Below, one piece after another: positions 24,101 through 39,100 of a stretch of 64,000 nucleotides of DNA. The position numbers were made by a program, and so were the translations under genes. Location: assembly GCF_052425735.1 (NCBI RefSeq), contig NC_135766.1, forward strand, positions 27,962,001 to 28,026,000. The letters run 5' to 3'. Source of the DNA: Oculina patagonica. Lineage: Eukaryota. The notes below the pieces were generated by a model that was not told where the DNA came from, did not search any database, and was given only the letters and a program-made list of their open reading frames with translations. Each line of letters starts with the position of its first letter. Position 1 is the stretch's first letter.

Positions 24101-27100
24101 NNNNNNNNNNNNNNNNNNNNNNNNNNNNNNNNNNNNNNNNNNNNNNNNNNNNNNNNNNNNNNNNNNNNNNNNNNNNNNNNNNNNNNNNNNNNNNNNNNNN
24201 NNNNNNNNNNNNNNNNNNNNNNNNNNNNNNNNNNNNNNNNNNNNNNNNNNNNNNNNNNNNNNNNNNNNNNNNNNNNNNNNNNNNNNNNNNNNNNNNNNNN
24301 NNNNNNNNNNNNNNNNNNNNNNNNNNNNNNNNNNNNNNNNNNNNNNNNNNNNNNNNNNNNNNNNNNNNNNNNNNNNNNNNNNNNNNNNNNNNNNNNNNNN
24401 NNNNNNNNNNNNNNNNNNNNNNNNNNNNNNNNNNNNNNNNNNNNNNNNNNNNNNNNNNNNNNNNNNNNNNNNNNNNNNNNNNNNNNNNNNNNNNNNAAAC
24501 CCGACCGCAAGAAACGAGATCAAAGTTTCGACATAACACACCCATTAAAAAAAAGTTTCTTTTACTGACCCATTTGAAAAAAGACTAGTGTTTTACTCAC
24601 TTAAAAAGGAAGTATTGGGACATCAAAACTTGCCAACAGCTTGTCAAGTTGTTTTTTCCCTTTTTTTCTTGACAGAGGGAGGGTAGTCACTTCCCAGCCG
24701 TTTTATGGGATGTCACGCAACCTCCCCCCCCCCCCAAAAAAAAAGGCGTTGCGTGACATCACAAAAAAAGGCTGGGAAGAAGACTAGAGAGAGGGAGAGG
24801 GGATGAAAATACATAGAGAAAACGGAATGGACACCTACAAATATCGTATCTATAAACAAGAAAGAACAAGTCATGTGGCACAGGGACACCACTCCCACAA
24901 ACCTGTAAACATTTTTCTTTCTGATCCTGGTTAACTGTTCCCGATAGACACACATGAGAAATAGCGTTCACGATGATTTTCCTGTTCGACTTCCCGCTCG
25001 GCTTTACATAGCACTGTGGCCCTAAAAACAAATAAACAAACATGGAAATTTTAGTTTTAAATCAAGGGAATCTCAAAACTCTACGACAAGTCATACATAC
25101 CACTGAATTCCGCGAAACCAGAGGGCTGCGCGGGAGCTGGAACGAAATAACTGTTAGCGTCATCATCGACGTCATAAACATGTTGCCGAGGCCCCGGGCG
25201 GCGGTAAGTTGTGTAAGAGTCTGGGACTCGTGCGGTGGCCTGGGCCTCTCTCATCCTCAGTTCCTGCTCGGCTTTTTGTCGTTCCACTTCTTCGTGACGT
25301 AATCGTTCCTCTTCCATTTTTTGAAGCATTTCTTTCTCGCGTTGTTTTTCTTCTTTCCTGTGAAAAGCAAAACGTTTTTAGCCGCTGTTACGTTATGCAA
25401 TGTTTTGTACAACTTGCCTCGCAATTTTATAACGCCACGGCAAGACAACTTTCCCGAGACGTTGCTTCGCGCAACACAACCAAGTTATCACATAAAACTA
25501 AAAAAAAAAGATTTCGGTGAAGGGTTTGTTGCCGCAACAAGACAAATAGAACTTCACTCTACCCCTTGTAATGCTCGCTGAAACGAAAACGTTGCGAGCT
25601 GATCTCAGCAACTTATATGTGGGTGGGGGGGGGGGGGGGCGTCTGTACTTGCCGCCTCCCGTACTTTTTACTCCAGGTCCCCCCCCCCCTTCTTAGTGGT
25701 TCACGTTTCTTTATGCTATTTCTATCGCAAAACATTACGAAAAGTTGAGAAAATTACTGTACGTCAATTTCTCTCGGTTCCCGCCACTTTGAGATCCCCG
25801 CTTCCCGCACTCTCTTCTCTCGACTTCCGGATCCCTCCCGCCCCTATTCTCTCTGCCTCCCGCCCCTTGTCTCCCTTCCCTTGTATGGCTTTCTTGTGTC
25901 AAGGCACATTTAACAAACTCTGATTGCGTTTTTTTTTTAAAGCGCAGCAATGATTCGTTCTAAGTAAAAAAATACACTAAGGGACTGACCATTATTTTTG
26001 TGGAGGGGGGGGGGGGATGAAAAATATTGAAAAAATTGTTTGCAGGGCCTAAAAAGACAAAATAAATTGTTTGCAAACACGATACGTATAACAAAAAATA
26101 GTTCGAATTTCGAAAAAAATGTTTGCAGAGGTGTATGAACTAAAAAAAAAAGTTTGCAGAGAAAAATGTTTCATTCCCCCCCCCCCCTCCAAGAAAATAA
26201 TGGTCCGTCCCTAACATAAAAGAAGCAAAACACCACTGAGGATTGAAAACAAGATCTGAGAATTACTGTGCCTGCAATGTTGGCCGGTTCTTAAGTGACG
26301 AAAATCATGTTACAAATTTTGACGCAAAAAAACGCGAAGCCAACAAGTCGCTTACAATAGAAGTAAATTTTTCCAATCCCAGATTCAACATATTAACTTG
26401 TTACAGTGTGACTAACCTTCTCTTTTTCTCCATTTCTGCTTCTTTTCGAGTTTTATCCTCCTCTTGTTTCTTCTGTCTCAACCTCATAAACTTCTCTCGC
26501 TTACGTTCTTGCTCTGGAGTCAAGCCCTACATATGCAAAAAAAAGAGATCTAAATTTGAATTCTCCCGACTGATTTCCATACATTTCTTTTAATATGGTT
26601 GTGAGAACTTGGTGGTTAATCAAGACTTATCTCCTAGTTGATGTTTTTCTAAATTCTCATCACCTGCCTGCTTGATGACGTATCGATATTGTATGGAGAA
26701 AATAAATGTGATCACAATTATACGTTTGGTCTTTGAGCTTCCGTGTTCCGTTTTGGTTTCTTTGCTTTAAACCTTTTTCTGGAGAAATCATTCAAATTTT
26801 AAGACCAAATCATATCTAACAACTTATATCGTATGTGGAAGTGAAGGTAGAGTCTGTGTCAAGCCAAGTGGCCCATACCGCCGGAGCTTTTCCCCGTTAC
26901 TGTAGCATTAAGCAACTAGGAGTATTTCTACTCCCCCTGGATGGGATGCTAGTCCATCGCAGGGTTACCGCCCCAGCATTAATTCGCTGATACTCATTCA
27001 TACACCTTGGAGGATATAGGCACTATGAAAGAAAAGTGTCTTGCCCAAGAACACAACACAATGACCTCAGCTAGGGCTCGTACCCGGACCACTAGATCCG

Positions 27101-30100
27101 AGTCCAGCGCACTAACCATTAGGCCACTGAGTTCACCTCTGTGCAAGTAAAAGCATTACTAATCACCTGCAATTTTTCCAAAAAAAATGGGAGGCGAAAA
27201 GTACACAACAGTTTACCTGTGCTGCGGGGCTTGCGTCCTCACCAATAAACATTGCTAATCCTCTCTTGTTAGGGGTCTGAATATCCACCTCAATTTCTCT
27301 CGCACCACCTCCCGGAGGGTTTTCTTGCTTGGTGTCCGTACTCATTGAAGTCGTGTCCGGTTGCACCAAGGGGGGTGGAGTGCGTACTTGAGCAACATCT
27401 ACATCCCAACATTTTCGCACGGGAGCCGTGTAGCGGGAAGCCGCTGGATCGTGCGAGGACGGGCGTGGTGGCACTGGTGTGGGCCTGGAACCGACTTCGA
27501 CCGCTGGTTGGGATGACGGGCGCGCTGTATCCTGATTAGTACCCAGACCATCACCAGGCGGGTAATCAGAAAGACGGAATTCACGAGTTTCAAACTGAGA
27601 TCCACTGGAGGGACTGGGCTTAGAGACGGACGCAGGTTGTGGAGAGTTAGCTGGGGACGACCAAGCAATGGGAGGGGAGGGTTGATTGGGAAACTCAGCC
27701 ACAGGATTTCTCGGTTTATCGTGGACAGGAGGATTGTCCGAGTGGGCCACCTAACAAAGAAAATTACATTAACATCTTAGCAACTGAAATCTAGGACAAC
27801 TTAACCACAAGATATTTTTATTTTACGATGATAAGCAAACTTCTCACCTCAGGCCCAGTTCCTTCTCCGACGTTCTGACCTCCTTGAGCCTTTCCCATGA
27901 CATACCAAAACGCAGTCTGCCCCAGTCTCCGTCGCTGATCTTCCCACTCGGCCTGGGCGCGGTGTTTTTCTGCCTCGATATGACGCCGCTTTTCCTCCAG
28001 TTGCATGCGCAAGTAAGCCATCTGTGACGTCACGGCCTTTTCATCTTCAACTGCGTCTGGCGTCTCTTCGATTTCACCTAAAACACAAGACCTTGTTAGT
28101 CGTTACAAAATGCAGTGTCACGCAACGTGTAATTAAGCGTCACACAAGGCAAGGTCGTGTTACTTTGCACAAAGTGAAGGCTGGTACTGAACAGGAGAGG
28201 CTTCTGGCTGCAGTAAGAGGAGATCGTCGAGTTTACAAAAAAAATGAAATCAATTCGAAGCATTTTTCTAGGATAACCTTGTGGATTCTGTTGATAAAAT
28301 GCATGACTATTTAAATGAGCAGTTCTTTCACGTGGTACTGTTTATTATGCTGTACAAGGTGGTTTTAACTTTTGAGTCTGTGGATAAAACCCAAGTGTGT
28401 GACCATTCAAGTAAATGCTATTGAGCAGTTCGTTCATGACGATGGTTCTAACTTTAAAGTCTGTGGATGACCATTCAAATGAAAGCTATTGAGCGGTACT
28501 TTCATGTGGTAGTGTTTGATTTGCTGTACAAGGTGTCTCTAACTTTAAAATCTGTAGATGAAACCCTAGTGTGTGACCATTCAAATGAAAGCTATTGAGC
28601 TGTGCTTTTATGTGGTTCTGTTTATTTTTAAACATTCTATAAAAATGAACTTGTCCTCTCCCGGGAGTAGAGAATTTATCATTATTGAACCAACCTTCAG
28701 CGTCACAAGGCAAGTCAGATACTTGACTAAGAACATCAGAAGGAGACATCCCACAATCATCTGCGGCGTCCATTAGACTCGCGATCTTATCTAACACACT
28801 ACCACTAGGGCGCCACGTGGCTCGTCCGCGGGGAGGTGCAGTGTTTGCATCAGTTTTGAGCTCCGCCGATTCAGGGTCCCTAGAGGGTTCCGTGCTTTTG
28901 ATATCTTTTTCAGGATTGGCGACGTTTGCTTCGTTATTGATGACGTTAACCTCTTCAACTTTGTTAACAATTTGAAATTTCGACATGTTCGGTTGTTGTG
29001 GACCATTTGAAGAAAAAAACTCAACGACTAATGCATCAGAGTTTAATTGCTGTGAGTTCGATTTCTTGGATATCTGGCGTTTTGGTTTTGGTGGCGACTT
29101 CTTTTTCCGTGAAGTAGAAGGTTTTTCAAGCGTTTTGTCCGGAATTTCTGTGAAAACATTCTTTTCGTTTTCTTTGCATTCGATCTCTTTAGCATGATCT
29201 GTTTTTAGCCCAGCACTGTTCAATGACAATTTTTCCAGAGCCTCGATTACAGGTATACCACGTGATAACTCGCGTTCCACCGAGCCGCTCACGTAGTCTA
29301 GCGTAAACGTTCTGCGGTTCTCATCCTGGTCGACCATTGGAGACTGCGTCGTGTTTGCGGCATGAATTGTGTCCTGCTTCACTTGTGAACCCACAATTTT
29401 TGCTAAATCCAGCTCTTCGTTAGAGCTATCAAGAATGAACGTGTTGCTTCGGTTGCGCGAAGACTCAAAACTATGCGAAGAGATATCATAATCAGACAGC
29501 GACGATAGAAAACCGGAATCGGCAGACCGTGGTCTAACGTCCCGGGAAGACGAAACCGGTTCAACAGGCTTTTCAGTAGCAAAGCTGTCCAGGAAGTCAT
29601 TTAAAGACGTACCAGATTGAAACGCCTGCTGCACAGCAAAGGCGACGTCATCTAGCGAATAGGCTTTCCGTATGGGAGGGGGGTAAGGTGACCCATGGGG
29701 TGAGGGGTTAGGCGATTGCTCTCGTGTTGGTTTAAGATGGCCGATAGGTGTTTCCGAATGACGTTTTCGTTTCCGGTTATCTTTGTCTAAAGACACTGTC
29801 TGAATGTCTCCACCCAATGCAGTTCTTGAGAACTCTGCGAGTTCATTAGTGAGTTGATCCAGTGCTTGAATAACAGGTATTCCCGCCTTCTTGGCGTCTT
29901 CAAGTGTTCTGGGCATGTCCTCTAGCGAATGAGTGTACCTCTTAGATGACTGTTTCTCGCTACCTTCGTTGATGAGTTCTGAATCAGATTTGGAGTTGAG
30001 ACGCTTTAGATTACTCCTCCGCGTTGTACCAGTTTTTGCAACAGATGTTACAGTTTTAAGCGCATCTACGATTGGAATTCCTGCTGCTTTTGCATCGTCA

Positions 30101-33100
30101 ATAGACTGTGAGACGCTGTCTAAAGAGTATGTACGACGCTCGGTTTGACTGCCATCAGTAATGGATTTGAAATCAGGATGAATTTCGTGCGATCTTCGCA
30201 CAGATTCGTCCGTCGTCGGATTGTTCCGAGTATTCTCCGGAAGCGAGGCAGTCTGCTGTTGATCTTTTGAAATCTCCTTAGCATTTGCCTGCAACAAAAG
30301 CTCGCACGCTGAAGTCAAGAAATCTAACTTTTGTACAACACCTAAACCTCTAGCCTTGTTTTCATTGCTGTTTGCTTTTGATGCGGTTATTTCTTTTGTT
30401 TTAATGTGTAAACTCAGCGGTGACATCATCTGCCTTTGGCTCCCATCGTACAAACGCAGCTTTGTTCCTTCTCCAATCGTCTCCAACGGACTCGCCAGAG
30501 CATAAGTCTTTCTGTTGACCAGTTTTTCTTGTCTTCGATGAACAGCATCTGGTGTCTGTCTAAAAGAAACATCTTTAGACGCTGTCATTTGTCCTAACGC
30601 ATCCACAACAGGAAGGCCTTTCTGTTTCGCTTTTTCTAACGTATGACTCACTTCATCTAGAGTGTATGTTCCTCGGTTTTCTGGACTTCTTTCAGGGATT
30701 TTAAGTCTAAGTGGACTCGCTGGTTTTCCTTTTGATAGAGACTCTAGGGCTTCAACAACAGGTATTCCAGTTTTCTCAGCGTGCTCTAGGGACTTTGACA
30801 CTTGATCCAGGGTGTAGGTGCCTCGTTTCTGTGCACTCTCTCCAGTCCCTCCTGCTGGCTCGTCAGCTCTTGTCATGTTCTTCAAAGCTTCCACAACAGG
30901 AATGCCCTGTTGTGATGCAGTCTGCAGCGAAAGAGAAACTTCATCCAGCGTGTAAGTTCCTCTTCTTTTATCAGACAGTTGAGTCTTTTCAACGTCGTCC
31001 TTGGGAAGAGTCCTTGTTTTAGATAAACCCTTTAACGTTACAATCACAGGAACGCCGTCTTTGACACCGTCTTCAACAGAGTTCGCGACGTCGTCCAGAT
31101 TATACGTGCCACGCTTCTCTTGCGATTGTTCCCGACGAGAAGACGACTGTTCCCGATCAGAACACGATTGTTCCCGATCAGAACACGATTGTTCCCGATC
31201 AGGAGACAATCGATCCCGCTCAGGAGACGATCGTTCGTGATCAAGAGACGACTGCCTCCGATTAGTAAATCGTCGTTCGCGATCAGAAGCCGATGGGAAC
31301 GATACAAAAGTCAGGCAATCCTCAAGTTGCTCCAAAGCATCTTCAAAGGAAGCCTCGATCTCGTCCCGATGGTCGGGCGACAGTGGCCTGGGATCAAGGT
31401 GGGTTTTGGTTCCTTGCGCAACCTCGCCAGCGGAAGAATCGTCATATCCATGCGCAGGGGACCGCCGCAAAGGTGTTTCTTCCTGAGCTAAGTGATTTAA
31501 TGTCACAGATACTGGAACACCTCTCTCCACTGCTTCCTCTATAGCGTGCGAAACCGTATCCATTGTGTATGTCCCTCTATTCGGGGATGGTTTCGAGTTG
31601 GCGTTGTTCTCTGGAGGTGTATTTACTGGCAGATTGGATTCTTGTTTGGATGCTAGCTGATCTAGCACATCTACAGTTGGTAAGCCCTTGCTTTGAGCAT
31701 CTTCTAAAGACTGCGACACTGTGTCCAGGGTGAAAGTACCACGCTTTGGAACCGAGTCAATTTGCGTTAGAGAGTCTTCGACACCAGACAAATTTGATGA
31801 TTTCAATTCTTCACGTTTGGCGAGCTGGCATAAAACCTCGGTAGCAGTCAAGCCTTCTTCAGCTCCACTTTGTAAAGACGACGAAACTGCGTCCAACGTG
31901 TAAGTCGATCGCTTCTCTGAAGATTCGTGTTTCATTTCCAATGGTAAATCTTCTCTTGTTTCAGTATCAACAGCGACAGTTTTATTCTGAAGAGAATTTT
32001 CCTCTTCACTCTTGGCCGCTTCTTGTAAACCGTCAGCCATTAATCCTTCTCGTCTAATCGCGTTATCTATTTCTTGAGACACGCTATCTAAAGTGAACGT
32101 ACTTCGCTTCTGCGAGTTTTCACTCACTGGTAGCGAGGAAGTATCAACATCCGACTGCAGTTTGCTTTGTTTAAATTCCTCCTTGTTCGCCAGATCGTTC
32201 AGTACATCGGACACAGGCAATCCTTCGCTACTAGCAGTCTCTATGGACTGGGATACAGAATCTAAGGTGAAAGTACTACGTTTTGGGACGTGGTCGCTCG
32301 ACGGTAAAACTGTCCCTTGATTAGATTCTTCTTTACTAGCAAGATCGTTTAATACCTTAACGATTGGTAAGCCTTCGTTGGAAACTGTCTCTAAAGTAAA
32401 AGTGTTTCGTTTTAGCAGCTGCGGTACTTTAAAATCGCTCTTATCTTTACAATCCTCCTGCGTTGATTTAACATTGCCCGAAGCAGTTTCAACAGGTAAT
32501 TCTCCGTTTGCTGCTTTCTCCGTAAATTGTTTGTCTGCAGCAAAAGAAATCTCATACTGTTTCTGCGCTGTTTTTACATTAGTTGATGTATCTGCGGATT
32601 TATCGCTCTTTGCAAAGACATCGCGGTTGGGTTTTGAATCATCTTTCGGCGAGGAGACCAGAAAACCTCTCTCACTAACTTTCGACGTCGAAGTAGGTTG
32701 TGTACCTTGGGGCTGACAGGGCTTGGCTTTTTGTTGGCGCCTGAGGTTTGAACGCGATTTAAAAGCCTTGAACGGCGACTGCAGTAAAACTGGTTCATCT
32801 TTGGCGCGTTTCGAACGCGGTTCATCATCAAAGCTCAGCGCAAACGCTATAGATTTGTCCTGCACGGCCCCGATCTCACTGCTACTTACAAGCTGCGATT
32901 CAGAAACAAGTGCCTCGTCCTTTCCTTCCAGATTGCTAGGTTTAAATCTTGACAAAACACGAGGCGGAGATCGATTTTTAGGTGTATTTTGAAATCCAAC
33001 GTCGAATGCGACAGCATTTTTCGCGGAGATTTGGGACAGCTCCTGTTGATTTTCTGTATTTTTGCTTGATTTTGAAGCATCCGCGAATAAATCTGCTTTT

Positions 33101-36100
33101 ACACCTCGGCGCGTTTTGTCCTCAGATGGTTGCGTGACGGATTTAGTTAAAGTTATCTTCGACTGTTCCCTGCCTGGTGTCACGTTTAACCGTGTTACGC
33201 CAGCTGCCGCGGACAGCGCCGCTATTCTGTCACGGATACTTCCGCCTGCACGCGTATCTGTGTCAGTCTCGGATGTGGTCCAACTTGATAACATGTTACC
33301 TTCTTTTCGAAATATCTCTTTAGATGATTTAGATTCATTATCCAAAGGAGCATTTATCTGCGACTCTGAGCCATTAAAAGGCATGTGTCCATTGGCATGC
33401 GAAAAGGGACCACCACGCGTAAGTGCTCTCAGCCCTTCTTCGGGTACCTTCGCCCCATTTTCTTGCCCCTTCCATGGGGCTGCTTCGTCATCATGACGCA
33501 GTTTTGGGCGGAAAACCGCTCTTGCTATGAAACGCGGTTTTCCATTAACAGACAATTCGTCAGCAAAAGGCTCTGTCCTAGTGTCTTTCTGCATGCAACC
33601 TACAAAATCAAATAATATTTAAATATATTATCTCACAGTTAGAAAAGCTAGAATGAAAATAGCAGACATAAGCAAAAATTAATGTAATATAAAAACAATA
33701 CTATCAGCTAACGCTTTGCTTAAAAGGCAACAACTTGCTGCGCATAAAAGGCGAGAGCTGGTCACTTTTGTAAATTTGCGCGTAAGAACTGATATACAAA
33801 ACCTTCAATATTGAAAGCTGTTCGCTAATCGAAGTTACCTTGCAGTTTAAAAAGCTGTAAAACCCAGCATGAAAAACGAGAAAATTGAAAAATATGGATC
33901 TATTGCTAATTCACACTTTCATCTGCAACTCCCATGTTTGATTCATTTCATAAATACATTACTGACAATAACTTTTCACTCGACTCTGAAGATGAGTTCC
34001 GCTCAGGTTGTCGAAACGTCAGTCACCAACAACAGTTCTTTTCAGAACTACTCTCACCCGATCACACTATACGACCCACCGATACTCCTGGGTTTAAACC
34101 ATTTACTGTATTATATTTAAACTATATTGTTTTAAATTAAGGTAGCTGATGCTAGCAAGTAACCATGGACAACCAAAATAATCACTTGTGATATTCGTAA
34201 CTTTAAAAAAGTCTATTTTTATCACACAGAGCAGACGCTAGATCAAAAGGTTATGGAAATTTCGAAGAATAAAACTATCCATTTGCGCTTAATTATGGAA
34301 ATATAATAGCAACTTACAGAATAATTTTCTTCAATTTAAAAATTTAGACTGCAGACAAGTCTGTTTTTGTCTACAAAACTGACATGATCGAACGTGAAAA
34401 GGCAGAGCTTGCAGACAACAAACAGAATCTACTGTCAAATATTCGTGACACTGAAAAACAATATACTGTAAAAAAGATATTGAGAAAGCATCTGTCAATG
34501 CCATTTATTATTTTAATATTTACACAAAACGCGCCGAACGACCCCTGAAGAGACAAAAATGCCCAAAATGTAAACAAGATGGAAGATTAGTTTTTGACAG
34601 AAAATACATACATCAAAACTACCTATGTAAACAGTGAGTAAAATGAAAAATTAAACAACAACAAAATGTCTCTTCCCTGGTTACAATGTGAGTGACTGTG
34701 TCAAGTCTATACGATGACAATTTTAAATGTATTAATAATTATAAATATTCAATATCAGCCCAACAGAAAATATTAATTTTCCCCAAGAACGATTTCGCAA
34801 GTATTTACGTGACATGTCGAATATGAAACTATTACAAGCAATTAAGCAAAGATCTGTTTTAAAAACAAGAGTCTTATTAGAACAGAACACTTTTATATGC
34901 TCGCAATTTTCTGCTCACGAAATATGGAATAAAAAACCCGCTGATATAATGCACTGTAATGCATTCAAGATAACAATTATTTCAGATCTGCCTAAGCCCA
35001 TGCTAAGCGTCGAAGTCATAATGTGAAACTGAAGGTTTAGAACACAAAGCTACACAATAATATATAGATCTGTTAATCTACCTTGAATTCTGTTCCACAA
35101 AGCATCAGATTCCCACGATTTGATACACTCAACACTAAAGGCACCAGAAATATAAACACGCTAGTTTCCGGTGGCGTTCTGGTGGAATAATTTGGCGATC
35201 TACGAAGCGTGTTCGCTCAGTTTTTCGTAGAATTTCTCAGAGGAATTCTGTCAAGAGTTAAAGCACGAAGATTGAAGAGATAACACCAATCAAGTGCGGT
35301 GAAAACCACGCCAGGTTATTTGCCGACCATAACATCACGTCTTGCTGTCGGTCGATTGCATGGTGCTTCGAATACAACAGCCGTTTCAAATGCAGTCTTC
35401 AATATAAACCGCGGAAGGCTATTTCTGAAATATGACGATCGACTCAGACACTGGCTATCTCGTTCCTAGGGAATGACATCACCACTGCTGAATGTACAAG
35501 CGACATTTCCCACACAAACAGCGAAGCGATAGCGAAGAGTACATTATAAAAACACACGTAGACTATCCACGGCTGTTCACAAATTTGGCGTTTTCCTTGC
35601 TTGTTTTCGTTTCGGTTCTTACACTGTAAGCCACTCCTAAGACACCTAAGAGATCACTGAAGTTCACGGCCCGGTAAAAACAACACAAGATCCGATTAAA
35701 ACACTCAAAAATTATATACAGTGCCACGACGAACAAGTTAATGTATTCAGTTATTACATGCAAATTATAGAACTCGCCGCGCGAAGGCGCTAGTATCAAC
35801 AATTATGTTATCATGCATATATTATTTATCAATATGGTTAAAAGACTGTCGATGGACTCACCTTATTTTTCGGGGGTTTAAGATATTTCTTTGTATCCAG
35901 AGGAGATACGGCTTGAAAAACGTCTTTACCGTACAGATATCGACACCAATGTAATGCTTTTAACGCCAGTCAGTCAAGCGTATCTGATGAACGTCATGGA
36001 GTACACGCGAAAACACGGTCACACAACTTACAAATGTAACGCGCGGATAACAAAACTGAAATCAAACGTATGTTTCGATAAAAAATACTACTAGTTATTC

Positions 36101-39100
36101 GCCAGGCGAAAAACTGATCAGAAACTCACCGACGAACGAATGACAAAGTCATAAATGGCTGTAATCCAGTAAAAGAATCGATTGTTGTGATATGGAAATT
36201 ATGTTCAGGATTTCTTGCCGAGGAAAATTAATTTGTCAGCCACACCTCATAAAAGTCGGAAGCGACACGGATTATGCAAAATCACAGCCGGATTTCCACA
36301 CCTTAAATTGCGTCTAATTTTAACCAGACTGAAAGGTCATTTATTTCACTGTTATTCCCCAGCGCCTGGCGGCATGTCAGGCATTTGTTTTGGACGTAAA
36401 TCCGTTTCCAAAAGACTAAATTTTTCTGCCATAGGATGGGTAGGAGCCCGGGGTAAGAGGGAGTTATCCAACGTCATTTTCTGTTTATCCCACAGGCTTC
36501 ACTATGATCAAAGCTTTAGACTTAACGGGGCTTTGTCGCGGATTTTAAGCCAAAAATATCTATCTGTTTTGTAGGAAACCAAAAAATTAATGGTATACTT
36601 TTATTAACAATTGCCATATTTGAGCACTGAAACTGTTGACAAACGTCTTTGGCGGCGGATGGCAAGGATGGAATTGGATTACAACTTGAAAAATTAAGGC
36701 TTAACTTTTCAAGTTGTTTCTGCGCGTCTCAAAAAAAAAATAACAAATAAAGGTTATATCTTTATTTAGATGCTCAAAGATTATGTTTTTCACGAGTTTA
36801 GGTGCCTACCAATACTTTCAGAACAGTTTAGACCAAAAATATACAAAATCCCCGTGACGGAGCCCCCTTAAAGCGGCGCAGACAGGGCCTAAATCGATTT
36901 GTGCATGAAAGTTTCTTAGTGTCTTAGCGAGGTTTGGAAGCTCCTGTAAACAGAATAACATGTGGAAGATTGTTTAGCACTGATGTGAAAAAGAGCCAGT
37001 TTTTTTTTCCTCTCAGACTAAGGTTTGTTCATCTCCGGAGACCATGGGGAAGACAATGGGTTAGAATATAAGTTAAAAGATGGAAAAACTTGCCAGCAAA
37101 AAAAGTGTGTGATTTTATACTGCTGAAACTTCCACTCACTCCCATGAAATGTCCCTGGGTTTCAAGGATGTAGTCTCAATAGTTTCATTTTTACAGTACA
37201 CTGTTGGATCATTTATTACCATAATCATTTCATTGCCTGCGTCACAGAAAGTCTAAACCGCGGACTATATCGAGGATTTTGTGACATGTCCGGCTACAAC
37301 GCAGGCTATAGCTATGCTAAAGCCTGCCTTTCTTCTAAATTCCACCTTTCCGATCAGACAGCCAGAAATGCGGTATCTTACGGCAAACCACACCGAAATA
37401 TATGTACGTCACTTGTGAATAATATTTCCTTTGATAAGATAAAATGTTCAAAATGTCACGAGTTTGGGACAAAGAAAGAATCCTGAAGTCCCCGACGGGA
37501 ATTAAACCCATGCCCTCCCAGATACCAGTTGGGCGCTCTTACCAACTGAGCTACGAGAGACTCGTGGTGAGCTGGGCCATTTACTAGGTTGATATGGGAC
37601 ATGCCTCCTGAATACCTTTGTACGATGTTTCTCCACTGTCCAGTACCAGCCAACATAATGTGCAACAACACTCCGCACCGTCCCCTCCCTGCTATTCTTA
37701 CCTTTGTCATTCAACATCACTTGCCCTCCTACACCACTCTTAGCTGCTGTCAGCCAACTGATCCTCGCCCCGGGGCTCCCGCGGCCTGTCTGTCTGGGGC
37801 TGCCACGCCTCCTGGGACTACCTGTTTCATGACTCTCCTGGGTGGCCTGCTGCTAAAAGAAACAAAATTAATCAATCAATAAAAATTTATTTATCCGAGG
37901 CTGACTAGGTCCCTAGCAATCATATGCTAATATACCGAGAAAATAAATAAAAATGTGTATATACAGAACGAAAAATTAATTAATCGAAAATTATTAAATT
38001 CAATTCAATTCATAAAAAGAAACTATCTAGCTGCGCACAGCATTGCGAAAGGCCTGTAGTGTTGTAATTGTTCTTATTCCGTCTGGCAGTTGACTCCAGG
38101 CGTTCGCCGCCCAGAATCTTACGGACTTCAGTCCATACTTGGTCGTATTGACCTTAGGTAAGACAATCTTATTAATGCCTCTAGTTTTTGATATCTCAAG
38201 TTCAAGATTCGCTTAGAATTTTAAATGAATCACAGCAATCGTACAAGACAACTCAGTGGTCGTGTGAGGAATTAACATACATCTGTCAATCATCTGTAGT
38301 ATTCATCAATGCTGTAATGCATTTCACCCTACCATTTTGCCCCCATCCACCCTTGTTGCGTATTTTTTTAGTCTTCTCTAATTCCTTACTGCTATACAGT
38401 CAACTCTCTCTTAACGGACACCTCTATAAGACGGACATCTCCATAAGACGGACACCTGGTGTTGGTCCCGTCCCTGCCGTTTTTCAGTCATTTTACTGTT
38501 ACTAAACTCCCTCTAAGATGGACAGTTGGAGCCGGTCCCGAAGGTGTCCGCTTTAGAGAGATTTAACTGTATTTGGATAAAAGATAATATTTCGCCTTAC
38601 CGATCTATCCACACTGGCATTGAGGTGTCTGCTCAGTCTCGCCCCAGCCTCCGACTCATCTGTCCAGCTTATCCTGTGTGGATTATCGTTTCCAGCTCCC
38701 TCTGGGCTAACCCGGATCTGTGTGTGGACAGTCTGCTGTCCAGCAAGAGTGCTGGCACGGTTTGTTGAGGAACTCTCATCGTCATGTCTAGGAGAACTAC
38801 TACCCGTGGCCATATCATTGTCTTCGATGATCTGTCCGTCGGGTTTCTTTCGAAAAGTTCTTGATCTGGTGATATTGGACGAACCAGAAACGCGAATCTG
38901 CTCCTCTTCTCCCCTTCTAGGGGTAGTGTGGATCTCACTTTCCCCTCCCTGGCTGGGATGAGATCTCGAAGCCACGACTGTTGATGGTTCAAGTTGAGGA
39001 GGGTGGTGCATTTCTTCTCGAGTGTAATGCTGGCTACTGTCGTGTTTCTTGGCAGATTTGGCGAAAGTGGCGTACTGATCTGCTTCGTTCTCTCTCTGAC

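Noticed and set aside
23907-24545. ORFs made of X residues
   Set aside because: Artefacts of the N gap.
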